Origin: Lytechinus pictus
Lineage: Eukaryota
DNA: 64,000 nucleotides
Assembly (NCBI RefSeq): GCF_037042905.1
Contig: NC_087251.1
Location: 41,046,001 to 41,110,000, forward strand
Reading direction: 5' to 3'
Made by a program: the position numbers and the translations under genes. Of the stretch, positions 11,607-23,601 are shown piece by piece. Each line of letters opens with the position of its first letter. The first letter of the stretch is position 1. The notes below the pieces were generated by a model, which worked only from the letters and a program-made list of their open reading frames with translations, had not been told where the DNA came from and searched no databases.

Positions 11607-11857
11607 GTAAGGACACTCCTCATTATTGTCTTATGACCGTGCTTTGATTTAGGGATTGGTTGTGAATCATTTAGATTAATTTGAGAGAAATTGTTTGGAA
11701 ATCTGTACGTTGTGTTGTGCTGAAATAAAACAAATTCCTCCCCCCCCCCTCCCAATATTGGAGACTCTTCACTTTGCTGGTTTGAGAAAATGTTGGCCAA
11801 AGAAAGTACTTCTTCACAAATGTAGTGAAACCTCTGTAGACAAGCAGAAAAGCATTA

Positions 11858-14800
11858 TTTACATCAATAACTGGGATATACTCATTTGATTTGCTAGTTC
11901 ATTACGATTAACTTGCACGCCGAATAAAAGTACACAATTTTTCCTGCGCGCGCGCAGCATCTCCCTACGCACGCACTATCCCAAGATCATCACGCAAATA
12001 GGCGTCCATTTCCTCTTACTTTCGCCTGCCGCCGTGATCAGACGTTAGCTAAGTACACTCCCACTTTACTTCTTAAAAGTGTCTGTTGTTTACATATTTA
12101 TCTATGTATTTACAGCATATTTCAATCATTTGCCTTTCGGCTTTAGATTGATTTCATTTATATCCTACTGCATGGAGCTTTCGTGTTATTATTCACGTTT
12201 TTCTTAAATAAACTTGTGAGTTCCGAACCGTCAGTTTCGTTTTCTCACAGACGGGTTGCTTCCGCTTCCCTTTCCCGTAGCTCCGCGCACTCCTCCTGCG
12301 TGCCACAGGCATTGATACGACGCTTCCTTTATAATCCTTTTTAATTCTTTATTATTCTTGACTTGCTCCTTTGCCTCGTCTTGAATTGAATTGATTTTAT
12401 TTCCTCTCCACAGCTTAGGCTATGAGACAGGTAGGAGCGTCGTCCTTGTTTGTTCTCAAACTTGTTTTCAACTTGTTCTTTTGTGAGTCGGTTGATTGTC
12501 TCAGTCAATCTTTTGTCCTTGTTTGATTAATTGATTGATTGATTAATTAATGAATTAATTAATTGTTTAATTAACCAATTGGTTAATTGTTTAATTATTA
12601 ATTAATTTTAATAATTATTTTTGTATTGAAATTTTTTTTTTAGACTTATTGTCTTTAAAAAAAATTTTCTCTTAAATTTTTTGGGAAGCCCCCCTGTTCT
12701 CTATTAGCGTCCTTTAAAAAAGTTTTCGCTAATGAGTTTTCGGCTTTCCAGTTTAAAGGAAGTAAGTTTTTACTTTTTCCTTTCAGATCAGCTCCTTTAC
12801 TTACTTTACTTATTTCTTTTGACCCTTGTCCAAAAAAAAAAAAAAAAAACCTTTTTTTTTTCTTAGCTGATCCTGCTCTTCGTCCTTGGACTTAGGACTT
12901 AGACGTTTCTGTTTTTAATTAATTCACGTCATGTATACGTGTAATTGAAAAAAAAAAAAAAAAAAAAAAAAACTTTAGTTTTTTTTTCTCACTTCAGCTT
13001 CTTAACTTTGTTTGATCTCATGTTTAAGAAGTCGGTCCTGTTCTTTCCGAAGTTATTAATTTTATTATTAATATTTTCTGAAAAGGATCTTGCTTGTCAC
13101 CTTTCTTGCCCACCCACCCCTCCGCCCCCTCTCTGTTTTCGACCCTCCTTTTGTTCTTTCAGGCTAAGAACTTACCAGGTAGATGAGCTCTTTTGACTCA
13201 TCTCCTGATGACTCGAAACCTGCCGCTGGGAGAAAACCAGACATGGTATTTTGTTCCTGTGATCAGCGGCGGTGAGTATGAGGGCAAGAGAGTGAGACCC
13301 TTTGCGATGGGCTCTAAAAAGGAGGGTGGAACCGTAGAGTTGCGTCCACGTGCCCAAGAGGGTGGAACCGTGGAACCGCGCCCACGTGCCGAGTGTTTTA
13401 GGGTGAAACTGTGGCGCAGCGGCCACGTGCCTGAAAGGTGATAGCCAAGGCTCCCTCGACGGGACCTGAACCTATTTTGGGGAGTGTTGTACTAGTATAG
13501 AAAACTTCACTCCTCCAGGGCTGCTTTACCCACCGGCTATCGGGTCCAACAAGTCCGGGTTAAGAGCATGGGACTCTTTTCCCGGCACAGACTAGGCTTG
13601 ATGCTTTGTCAGTCTCCTTCAGGGAGCATTAGCAAAGGGCTACCAGCCCCTAGTCGCTAGAGACACGTGCGCTCGACTCCGTCAATCTCACGATTATCTG
13701 ATTAGGGTGGAACCGTGGAATCACGTTCACGTGCCCTTAAAGGTGGAACCGTGGAATTAGCGTTCATGTGCCTAAACGGCTTGATCAGATTTGGGTGATT
13801 TTTCTCATGCGAGATATCACGTTCCCCCTGTCTCTTGTGCCCTATTCTGCCCCCCGGCGGGGGCCGCATAGAAGAGGAAGAAGAAGAAATTCTAGGTTGC
13901 TAACCCCGCTTCGCGGGCAGACCTTTTCTCTCTAATTCTTGTGCCGATGGCCAGGCCCTTTTCTTTGAAATTGCCGGCCCTTTCACCCGCACGGGTGTTT
14001 TCACGATATGCACAGGTGCTGCTGACGTATGGGTCTCACCCAGCAAGTCGGCAAGCCCCCGTATGTCGCTGGTTGGACGCTGCAGCCGCTTGGCTGCTTT
14101 CTGTCGGTCTTATTGCCGGTGTCGGGCATTGAGCGGATTGAGTTTCTCCCGCCAGCCCTCACTCCGGGAAGCTGTCGGTGAGTTCACCCGCATGGGTATC
14201 CCCCATTAATATGCAGGTACTCCCGAATTCGCCCTCTACGTCAAGCTTCACAGTTTGACCGGGCATCGCTTACGGCAACGGCTCTTTCAGCGGTAACTCT
14301 CTCCATTCTACCCCCTAGGCGGGCCTGTAGATTGGAGGTAAGAATTTCTAACATACCACATGCCTTCCTTCTCTCATGAGAACGTTTGGCTGTTTTTGAG
14401 AGGGCAACATATCACGCCCGTGGACCGTCCGCCCAGGCGACGGGACCGTCAGCTTTTGGCCTGAACCTCACTTTCTATACGAAAGTAAGGGTGCCCTGTC
14501 TTTACTTTTAACTCCTTCTCTTCCTTGTAAGGTTAGAGTCAGGGCTAGTACAGACACCCGACCTCCAGCGATCGCCGCTGTAGTGAGGGCGACTCCAATA
14601 TTAGCACCATCACTGCTCAGCGGTATGTCTCACTATCTCGTAGCTCTGCCGAGCTTATGAGCAGAAATATCGGATCTGAATGTCAAGGCGATTAATAGTT
14701 CTCCTATACTTAATAATCGCTATGCCTTCACCACCCGGTGCATTATGGTTATTTTGTCACCTGTTTGTCTCGTATTCGGACGGCTCGTGCGAGCCCTGCC

Positions 14801-17548
14801 CGAGCTGCCATCATCGGTCGCCCCCCCGGACCCCGCCGGCAGCACCCGCACCGAACGCCCGGAGGGAATCGGCTATTTATATGCCAGATACCCCTCCTGT
14901 TGACATTCACAACTTGTTCCCCGAGTCTTTCCCGGTCGGGTAAGCATCATCTCGGTGGAAAGAAACAGCCATATATCTCTTTAGATTGTCGGCTGTGTAC
15001 GTGCGTTCAGGCTTGTTTCAAGCCCCAGGTTTTTTCTGTCGGCATTTCTATGCCTACTTCCTGGGCGCACCCACCGTGCCGGGTCGGCGAGTTCACACCA
15101 AACTGTCCGCCACCAGGCCATCGGTCGAGCTCAAACAGTCTATCCGATAGACTGCCCTCTATGTGGGTCAAGCTTGCGGGCGTCTCCGCCGCTTCCTCGT
15201 GTGGAGTGGGCTACGGTCGATGCATTTACCGTGCCCGTGTGTCGAGTTGTCTTCTTTTTAGAAGCTTTTTCACTCGGCACACTTGAGTCGCCTCGCAGGC
15301 TGCTTTCATCCTCCTTCCATGCTATGTATGTGGCCATGGTCACTGCGTGACCGAGGATGATGTAATCGTGGTGGATATACATTTATGTATAAAATGTATG
15401 CGTGTGTGTATGTATACTTATGCCTGTCTAACCACGATCACCACGACCCGCTTTCTCTCGGGCCGACTGTGGATGAGTCCCTCCATGAAAGTGATTTACT
15501 TCACTGGAGTTCTTCTTTTTAGAAGCTTAGATTCTCATCCCCCGTTGCTTAGGGCGTCATTTTTGCCGCCCCCCGCAGCTTCTCGGAACTCCTTATCTTA
15601 CCGATATCGGACTGTTCCATGCTGTCGCAACGGGCACCGGCGGTGCTTGCCCTTGCAATCACCAGAGAAACCAGGCCTTGTGGCTGTTTTCGTAAACAAC
15701 CTTGATAGGACAGGGCCGTTGTTACCTCACTCAATTCCGTCGGGAACGTAACTGTTGAGGTATCATGTCTGGCGTTGTCTGTTGGTTCAGAACATCTTGA
15801 CCGACATCTCTTGATCATCGTTTACACGTAAGATCATGACAGAGACATTGTTCGCCAGCTCACTTCTGGCGTACGCTTGCTGCGACTAGGGATTGCTCCG
15901 CTCAGCGGACATCCATCGCAGCCTAGCCTTACGGGCCCTCTCGGCGATGGCGGCTTCAGCCAAACCACCGCCCACCTCTCCCGCCGCGGGCACTGCACCC
16001 TCGGGCGGGTGTTTTATTTAGTACGGGAGAAAGGGGATCCGGGGTCCTCTCTCGATCGCTCTGTCTATCACACTTATTATGTCGTGATGCGTGCCGCGTT
16101 TTTTCTCCGACACGCCCGTTTGAGCTGTTTTGACCAGACTGTTCTATTCTACATAGACAGCAGGTCCGTGGCATTTTCTTATTAACAGGATGGCACTCAG
16201 TCGCTTTTCTCGACACATTGACTGCCTTACGAGTGGTTTACTTCAACCTTACTCTCTGTCGTTCCATGTCCTTATCGGACCGCTGGAAACGTCCTGCCAC
16301 AGCTCTCTATCAGAATTCTGCAGATGTTCTGCCCTCACGCATTTGAGACAGATATCGAATTCTGGGCGCTTTCTCCCACGCGGGGGCTTCTGAGATATCT
16401 CGCATTCCTTACGTTTGCATGGTTGCGGCTTGGCTTAAATTATTAAGCCGGTGACTTGACCGTGGCTTTTTATTAGCTCCGCTGTCGCCTTCTCAGATTG
16501 ATTGATTGATCACTTACTGAACCGTACAAGTTTCAGTCTTCCGATCACGATTCTTGTCGAAATTTTCAACAAAATCGGATCGTTTTTTGATCATCGGCAA
16601 TTATCATCCCTCCGATTACGGATGATTAATACCTTCAATCCGAATCTTACAACCTCTTGAGTTCTTCTCAAACGTTGAGCTTGTATGGCTTAGTCGGTCA
16701 TGGCACCTGTCGGTCGTTCTTGACGCTTGACTAACTCCCTCTGGGGTCGGTATTCAGGGTATCTTTTGTCTGTCTATCAGTCGAGATCCCTCCTGTATCT
16801 GTTTATATATAACCATTTACAGTACAAAGCTTTGCATACTTCTGCATCGCTCCCGGACCGTTGCCGGGATTGGCTTAGATAAGGTGTGACTTCTAACCCT
16901 CGTCTTTGTTTGCCATTCTTCAGACAATTCCCAACTCTGTGCAGTTGGTTGTTTTGTCGCGCGAGCCGTTTGCGGCAGCTTCTCGAGACATCTTTTCACG
17001 CTGGATTGTTGAAACGATCAAGTCAGTTGGTGATGATGTTCTCCTTCTGACACTAGGCCGAGGGCCCATGATACTATAGTATCATTCTTCTTGGGCTCTT
17101 TCTATGGAATCGTCGTATACGACATCTTGAGGACCGCCTTTTTGGCGCTCTTCTAATTCCTTGTTCTTAAGGACCTTTCTTCACATGAGGCCTTATTTGC
17201 CTCCTCTGTCCTTAAGGCAGCGGCCTTTCGTGTCTTCATCTCCCTATTTTTGTACGCACTTTCTTAGTCTAGACATGCCTCCCTTCACGTTGAATCCGTG
17301 TTGGTCTAGCAAATCAAATGAGTATATCCCAGTTATTGATGTAAATTATGAAAATACTTACCATGATTTTTTTATTTACGAGATAACTGGATATACTCAT
17401 TTGAACCCTCCCACCGACCCCTCGCCTTGCGTGGCAACATGTCTTGCGTTCAGGCTCATGAGAGGAAATGGACACCTATTTGCGTGATGATCTTGGGATA
17501 GTGCATGCATAGGGAGATGCTGCGCGCACGCAGGAAAAATTGTGTATT
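11858..17548 (+). mobile_element. DIRS1-type retrotransposon, near full-length, non-coding (decayed RT/RNase H/YR), right ITR truncated
   Basis: Left ITR begins tttacatcaataactgggatatactcatttgatttgctag; 11930-12016 is the reverse complement of 17461-17546. ICR at ~17307-17404. Relic motifs: SPRVF (RT, ~14920), LQS...VAVFVNNLDRT (RNase H, ~15650), SRWIVETIK/PRAHD (YR, ~17000). Confidence 0.88.
13324..13772 (+). repeat. Five imperfect ~36-bp repeats in two clusters inside the DIRS element
   Basis: Unit gggtggaaccgtggaa...cacgtgcc at ~13324, 13360, 13401, 13704 and 13741. Confidence 0.7.
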
Positions 17549-17609
17549 TATAAGTTTCATCTGGTATAATTGTATTGTTCTACTTGAATTTGGAATAATT
17601 AGGCAAGGT

Positions 17610-17825
17610 GTGGTCCACAGATAGCTAATCAGGCCAAACCGTGCCCTAAATAGTCTGGCAGTGGGGACAGGGAATGCTTGCAGGTGGTGCAGGGTTGGTA
17701 GTCCTTGTCTTCCCAGCCTGTCTGTATTCTACAACCACTGCAGTTCTGTTGGCTTCGCATACTTTGCCACTCGTTGTGAACGGCTGTTCGCCATGCTCTT
17801 GGGCTGTTTACTTTATCTATCATTG
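17610..17825 (-). mobile_element. Degenerate RTE-clade LINE 3' fragment
   Basis: Minus strand gives PRAWRTAVH and, across a frameshift, PCPHCQ..FRARFGLISYLWT, resembling the RTE ORF C-terminal zinc-finger region. Confidence 0.6.
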
Positions 17826-17876
17826 TAGTAACTCACATATTAGAAATCTGTAATCCCATATCTCATTTCTTTCTAG

Positions 17877-18066
17877 TACATGGATCAATGAGATGAATGC
17901 CTTGCTTTCGTCAGACGAGACGCCCCATGATGTAAGCAGCGCCGAAGCTCTACTCAACAAACACTCTGAACATCAACTAGAAATATCCCTTCATGCTACC
18001 AACATTGCTCAGTTCATTGAAGCTGGTAACAAACTCATTGAGGATGATCACTTTTTAGCCAAGGAA
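17877..18066 (+). CDS. SPTBN5: Beta-heavy spectrin-like, internal exon
   Basis: ag|T ACA TGG...GAA|gtaag, 190 nt, phase 2-0, matching the previous exon. TWINEMNALLSSDETPHDVSSAEALLNKHSEH...GNKLIEDDHFLAKE. Confidence 0.92.
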
Positions 18067-18626
18067 GTAAGTTCATTAGTATATGATTAATTTTTACCTA
18101 TACAAGGCATTTTAGCAGATAGATAAATATGATATATTGCTCACTACTTTCAATCCAAGACCAACGGAGTAAACATTTGCCATGTTGCCCTCTCAAGGCT
18201 TTGCCTATAGGAATACTGTACAAAATAGAGGGCAATATTGGCCATATTGCTGCTAGTGCACTTGCGCAGTAAGAGCCAATTTTGATTGCTAATTTCAGTA
18301 TCTGAGAAATCTGGCTGAAACCAGTTTATGAACCAACACATTGTAGATAATGCACGATGCGGCCACAAAACCAAGCACAAGATTTCTGTGCGTAAGTGTA
18401 TGTGTGCGCCATGCATGATGCGCGACTGCACGGTAATAATTTATGTCATAATTGCTTAGCAAGGGTTACTTCGCTAAGTTTGTGAACACTCTGAAATCAG
18501 AAGGAGTGATAAGCAAACAGGCATATAAATTGTTCCAAATAAATTGCTTGAATTACATATTGTACAGCCTTAGGTAATTATGATAATATTATAAAAAAGA
18601 ATTCTAGAAAGAATTTATAACATTTT

Positions 18627-18878
18627 GTCTCACCAGCATAGCAGAGTGAGACTATAGGCGCCGCTTTTCCGATGGCGGCGGCAACAATAAATCTTAACCG
18701 AAGGTTAAGTTTTTGAAATGACAGCATAACTTAAAAAGTATATAAACCTAGTTCATGAAACTTGGCCATAAGGCAAATCAAGTATTACTGAACATCCTGC
18801 CTGAGTTTCATGCCACATGACCAAGGTCAAAGGTCATTTAGGGTCAATGAACTCTGGCCAAATTGGGGGTATCTGTTG
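18627..18878 (-). mobile_element. HINE (non-autonomous Helentron-like) element, hairpin end plus one repeat unit
   Basis: Reverse complement of the right end of the element at 51778-52722. Confidence 0.75.
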
Positions 18879-19058
18879 TATTATGTATATTTGTATATTT
18901 GAATGATATTAAGTTTATGAAATTTAACAATAGAATTGTCCTACTGGTCCGCATGGCCTGTAAAATTTGTGAATGTATATATTGATGGAAAATAATTATT
19001 TGTCTACATATGTTCATGGAAATTCTTCTTTTTTTGTCTTGGCTACAATTATCCCAAG

Positions 19059-19235
19059 GTTGAAACAAAAGTAGAACAACTGGACCAAGCCTGGATCAAT
19101 TTAAATGCTAAATGTGATGAGAGAAGAAAGAACTATGAGGCCAAACTAGATACATTCCTGTTACAGAGAGATCTAGAAGGAGCAGAATCTTGGCTCAATG
19201 ATAAAGATCCTATTCTTGAAGATCAGTCCTTCTTG
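19059..19235 (+). CDS. SPTBN5: Beta-heavy spectrin-like, internal exon (absent from the ORF track)
   Basis: ag|GTT...TTG|gtaag, 177 nt, phase 0-0. VETKVEQLDQAWINLNAKCDERRKNYEAKLDTFLLQRDLEGAESWLNDKDPILEDQSFL. Confidence 0.92.
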
Positions 19236-19642
19236 GTAAGTCCTAAACCATAAGTTAACTAGGAGCGGGGCAGGGTCATATTTTTAGCCCCCAATAGATT
19301 TCTTGGCGACGCTACCGCAAGAAATTTTTTGGCCGCACCACTCGCTGGCTTTTTATTTTCAAGTCTCTTGCATCTTTTTAGATCAAACTCGCAACAATCA
19401 AGGTACACGGTGCTGAAATAACGCAACATTTTCTTAGTGGATGTCAGACTAATAATTTCTTTAAAATGTGATTTTGTGTACAGAGTCAATGCAAATTGTG
19501 TTTTCAACCAATAACCATAAATGTATGAAGAGTTTTACTTTTGCTGGCTTAAATGGATTTATTTGATTCCATTTATGATTGCAAAAGGATCCCAGACAAA
19601 GTTCATTTAAAAAAATTATTAAAAAACAAATTTTTTTTTTTA

Positions 19643-20255
19643 GACATAAGGGTAATCAAGTATTACTGAACATCCTGCCCAAGTTACAGGTCACATGACC
19701 AAGGTCATAGGTCATTTAGGGTCAATGTAATTTGGGCATGTTAGGGGTATTTGTTGAATTTCCATCGTAACTTTAAAATTTTATGGAGCTAGTTCATAAA
19801 ACTTGGACATAAGAGTAATCAAGTATCGTTGAACATCCTGTGATAGTTTCAGGTTATATGACCATAATCAAAGGTCATTTAGGTTTAGAAAAAAAACTTA
19901 GATTATGTTGGGGGAACCAACACAAAATCTTAACCAAGGATAAATGTTTTAAATATCATGATTCTGAAAGTACATGGATCTGGTTCATGAAACTTGGACA
20001 TAAGAGTAACCAAGTATCAGTGAACATCCTGCATGAGTTTCAGGTCACATAAACAAGGTCAATGAACTTTTGCACAAGTCTTTGATCACACGATCAAGGT
20101 CAAATGTCATTTAGGGTAAGTGAACATAGTATTTTATCATCATATCAATGGTGTTTTTTTTGTGAATGATTATTCTATAGTCGTTTTCAAAGTCAGCAAT
20201 GCTGCTATATTGAATCGCGTAATGCAGGCGAGACTGCCAGAGGCGCTCCTCTTGT
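19643..20255 (-). mobile_element. HINE element, repeat units plus the opposite end
   Basis: Degenerate ~163-bp units ending atgcaggcgagactgccagaggcgctcctcttgt, the reverse complement of the start of 46766-48105. Confidence 0.75.
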
Positions 20256-20814
20256 TTCATAAATTTGCCTTCTTAAAAGCAAGATAAACCACAACAGTCT
20301 CTCTCTTTAAGGGAGACAGTGGTAACAGTGAAGAAAGAGAAGAGTTCAGAGATATAATAATCAAAAGAAGAAACCAAATAAGTGATTAATGTTGAGGATT
20401 TCTGCCCTCCAAGAAGGCAATGTTTCTTTTGGATATTGTCTGGAAAGATAAAATCTCTGTTGAAAGATTTTATGGCTGAGTAAATCTTAAGAGGGATTTA
20501 CAGAAACCCTAGAAAGTGTTCAATTGAAAGGAGATTAAGGAGTCCTTTGTTTATTGTGTTTGCACCTGCTTTATAAATACAGTCTCAAAGACTATAGTGT
20601 TGAAATCCATCAAAAGCCACCAAGGGTCCTTATTGTACCATTTGAAGGGCTATAACAGCCCATTGAATAGTACAATGGCACCAAATCTTCTGTAAAAACC
20701 AAATGAGTTTTTATTCAAGTGAATTCTCGTATTGCTTTACTTCCTATCTCGTATCAATCTAGTTGCTGTATGTAATGATACAAGGTGATTTGATTCTGAT
20801 TATTTCTTGTATAG

Positions 20815-20919
20815 GATGATTCTTGTGATATCGAAGAACTGTTGAAGAAACAGGAAGACTTTGAGAAGATGATCGAAGCGCAGGAGGAAAGGTTTGCTGC
20901 CCTCACAAGGCTGACAAAG
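20815..20919 (+). CDS. SPTBN5: Beta-heavy spectrin-like, exon ending the partial (tetramerisation) repeat
   Basis: ag|GAT...AAG|gtaat, 105 nt. IEELLKKQEDFEKMIEAQEERFAALTRLTK is the characteristic end of the last beta-spectrin repeat. Confidence 0.92.
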
Positions 20920-21013
20920 GTAATTGCGTTGGGTGTGGTCTTCGTGCTCGAGAAATTTCATTTTTACCTTCGTTTTCTTTGGTCACCTAAATTCATTAAA
21001 CTATCTTGAATAT

Positions 21014-21635
21014 GGGCAGTTCCATTAAATATGTATGTCCAACCCCCTGGCCCGAATTCACAAAGGTGGTTTTGAAAACCCACGGTTGAGTCCATGGTTT
21101 ATGCAGATTTCCTGTATAAATTACGCTTAATTTAGCGCGTATCTGGCACGTGTATAAAAAATGTCCAATTCTGATGCGCGCTTTTGTCACAGTGCGCCAA
21201 ATTGACGCCTGTTACCATGGTTAGATACGCTATTTTATTCATGAGTCCACTGTTTTTATTCATGAGTCCACTCTTCAAACAGTGGACTCATTAATAAAAT
21301 GGCGTATCTAACCATGGTAACAGGCGTCAATTTTGCGCACTGTGACAAAAGCGCGCATCAGAATTTGACATTTTTTATACACGCGCCAGATACGCGCTAA
21401 ATTAAGCGTAATTTATACAGGAAATCTGCATAAACCATGGACTCAACCGTGGGTTTTCAAAACCACCTTTGTGAATTCGGGCCCCTATGTGTGGACCTTC
21501 CAGAAATGGTTCTCTCTATTCTCTTGTTCATCAGAGATGTTGAAATTCTCGTAAAATATCATGGCCTGTGCAATTCATCAAGTAAAATAGGGGTCAAATG
21601 TCAAAAAGAGATTTGATTATTATATGGAATTGCCC
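21014..21635. mobile_element. gggcaattcca-family MITE carrying a nested foldback MITE
   Basis: Termini gggcagttcca / tggaattgccc. Uninterrupted relatives at 40841-41027 and 43565-43762. Confidence 0.7.
21049..21483. mobile_element. Near-perfect foldback MITE (~205-bp arms), Harbinger-like
   Basis: ggcccgaattcacaaaggtgg ... ccacctttgtgaattcgggcc with 3-bp TSD cct. An internally deleted copy at 62434-62668 has TSD aat. Confidence 0.85.
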
Positions 21636-21957
21636 TTATGTATGGTGAACTTTTAGCTGTGGCTTCTTTTCATACAATTCGCTAGCTAGATATGATTGAA
21701 ATGCTGGACACTTCTTTATATGGAGCATACAAAACCAAAATATTCAATGTGACAACTAGTGGATTTGCTGAATAAATTTTTTAGAATATCTGTATGCTAA
21801 AATATTGGCTTATGCCACTCCTTCTACGTACCTGATATGCAATCCGATTGCCCAAAGTCCATTTGTTTGATTAATTTATTAGTTTATTATATTATGTTCA
21901 GATGTATCACTTTGGGGTGTGATTTTTTATGCGTTTCTTTTAATCCTGAACATTTAG

Positions 21958-22122
21958 GCCGAGGCAAATCGCGATGGCGGTCACACAACCCTCGATGATG
22001 TCCTAAGAGAATTTGACAAGGTGGAGAAGATGGGAGCTCCCCCTAAAGGCAGAGGTCTTCTCAACAGTCAATTTACAATAGAGGAAGAAGATGAAGAGGT
22101 AGAGGAAGAAGAGAGAAAAAAT
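21958..22122 (+). CDS. SPTBN5: Beta-heavy spectrin-like, C-terminal region exon
   Basis: ag|GCC...AAT|gtgag, 165 nt, phase 0-0, open. AEANRDGGHTTLDDVLREFDKVEKMG...EEEDEEVEEEERKN. Confidence 0.8.
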
Positions 22123-22194
22123 GTGAGTTATTTCTTCATGTTTTTGTTAAATGGATATTTTATGTAAGACTTTTGACCAATGAGAGAGGCACAA

Positions 22195-22551
22195 TAATAA
22201 TAATAATAATAATATTCTGCTTTTATATAGCGCTTAATAAACACAGATCTTGCGCTTAACAGATATATTATTACCCTGTCATCAGATTCAATCAGTCATT
22301 TTGGCACAGAATGTAAGCAGTCATCCACTCCCTGGGGAGTATTCCAGTCAGATGCCCTTGGGGCGCACGCAGTACTGGACAAGCTAAAAATGACTTTCAC
22401 ATCCTACCGGGTACCCATTTAGCACCTGGGTCGAGAGTGGCAAAGTGTGGATTAACGCCTTGCCGAAGGACGCTAAACCGTGGTGGGATTCGAACACACG
22501 ACCCTCTGTTTACAGGGCGAGAGTCAGAACCACTCCACCATGGCTCTTCCA
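22195..22551 (-). mobile_element. Full-length tRNA-derived SINE
   Basis: A box tggtggagtgg, B box gttcgaatccc, core ccactctcgacccaggtgctaaatgggtacc, (att)n tail at 22195-22213. Confidence 0.85.
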
Positions 22552-23069
22552 GGAACATGGGAGCCTACATCATTTTATGTGCTGAATGTGCTACAAATTA
22601 ATACAAAATTTATTATCCGCCACTTTTGTGGCGGATCCCGGTGGGGTGCAAGGGATGCACATTCCCTCTATATTTTGAGAAATTAGTAATTGGACGAATA
22701 TATCAATAGATATATATCTCAGATTATTGTCCTCTGCACCCCCTCCCCTATTTTCAGATTTGTCCCCCTTTTTTTGCACATATTTCAAAATCATAGATCC
22801 GCCACTGAAAGACAATTTAGAACATGTTGATTTAACTAGGTTTGATAGCTGTAAATTAATTATATTCATATATTGAACTTAAAGCAAAATAAGACAAAAT
22901 TATACGAAGTAACAGCAAATTATCAGTACATGTATGTGTGAAATTAATTGCTTTACATGAAGGGTGGGAAAATCTGTATGGTTGGATCACCAAATACAAG
23001 TAAAACATTAAACTTAATAAAAAATTAGTTTTAGTTATTGACATATTTCTTGTTTCTTTTTCCTTCCAG

Positions 23070-23601
23070 GTTCTCCAAAATGAAAATATCAGTGACATGC
23101 TGGATGAAATGTCAGGCATTCAACAAGTTAATGCAAGCAAGCCTCAGTCTGTTGGCTCCAAATTTGATCAAACCGACTTGGTGTCATCGAAGCAAACCTC
23201 CAGTCAGGAAGCTGTTTCCTCATCTGTTACTAAGCAACCAATGCAACCTGCACCCAAGCCCTTCAGACCACCTCTAACCTCCACAAAGACTGGTGTGCGT
23301 GCTAGTAAGCGTGATGATGATGATGATGCAGAGAAGAGTGGTAATACAGGAAAGATGATACCAGATGGTGCTGCAAAGGAGGATGAAGAGGAAGATTTAG
23401 ATGAGGCCGCAGAGGCGTCACTCCGATCCAGGAGGAGGATGCTGATCCCGAGGATAAGCATCACCATGTTTGATGACGAGCTTCCGGAGAGCTTTGGTGC
23501 CCCCGATGAGGCTGATATGAAGAAGGATGAAGCAGACCAGATAGACGAGATTATAAGACAGAATTCTATCGAAGAGGAGGAGGAGGAGGGGGTCAATGAT
23601 G
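23070..23601 (+). CDS. SPTBN5: Beta-heavy spectrin-like, acidic low-complexity exon
   Basis: Polypyrimidine tract, ag|GTT...GAT G|gtaag, 532 nt, phase 0-1, open throughout (ORF 23097-23624). Confidence 0.82.

Noticed and set aside
13324..13772. 36-bp repeats as a CRISPR-like array
   Set aside because: Units are contiguous and degenerate with no unique spacers, in a eukaryotic retroelement with no cas genes.
1..17548. Segmental duplication or misassembly explaining the two DIRS copies
   Set aside because: Similarity stops at the element boundary, flanking exons are distinct and consecutive, and the copies have different ICR/ITR variants.
18627..20255. Single HINE that captured the spectrin exon
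   Set aside because: The exon is in its native order and frame, and the two ends carry different subTIR variants, so two truncated insertions are more parsimonious.
23204..23596. 130-aa Ser-rich minus-strand ORF
   Set aside because: Antisense shadow of the acidic spectrin exon.
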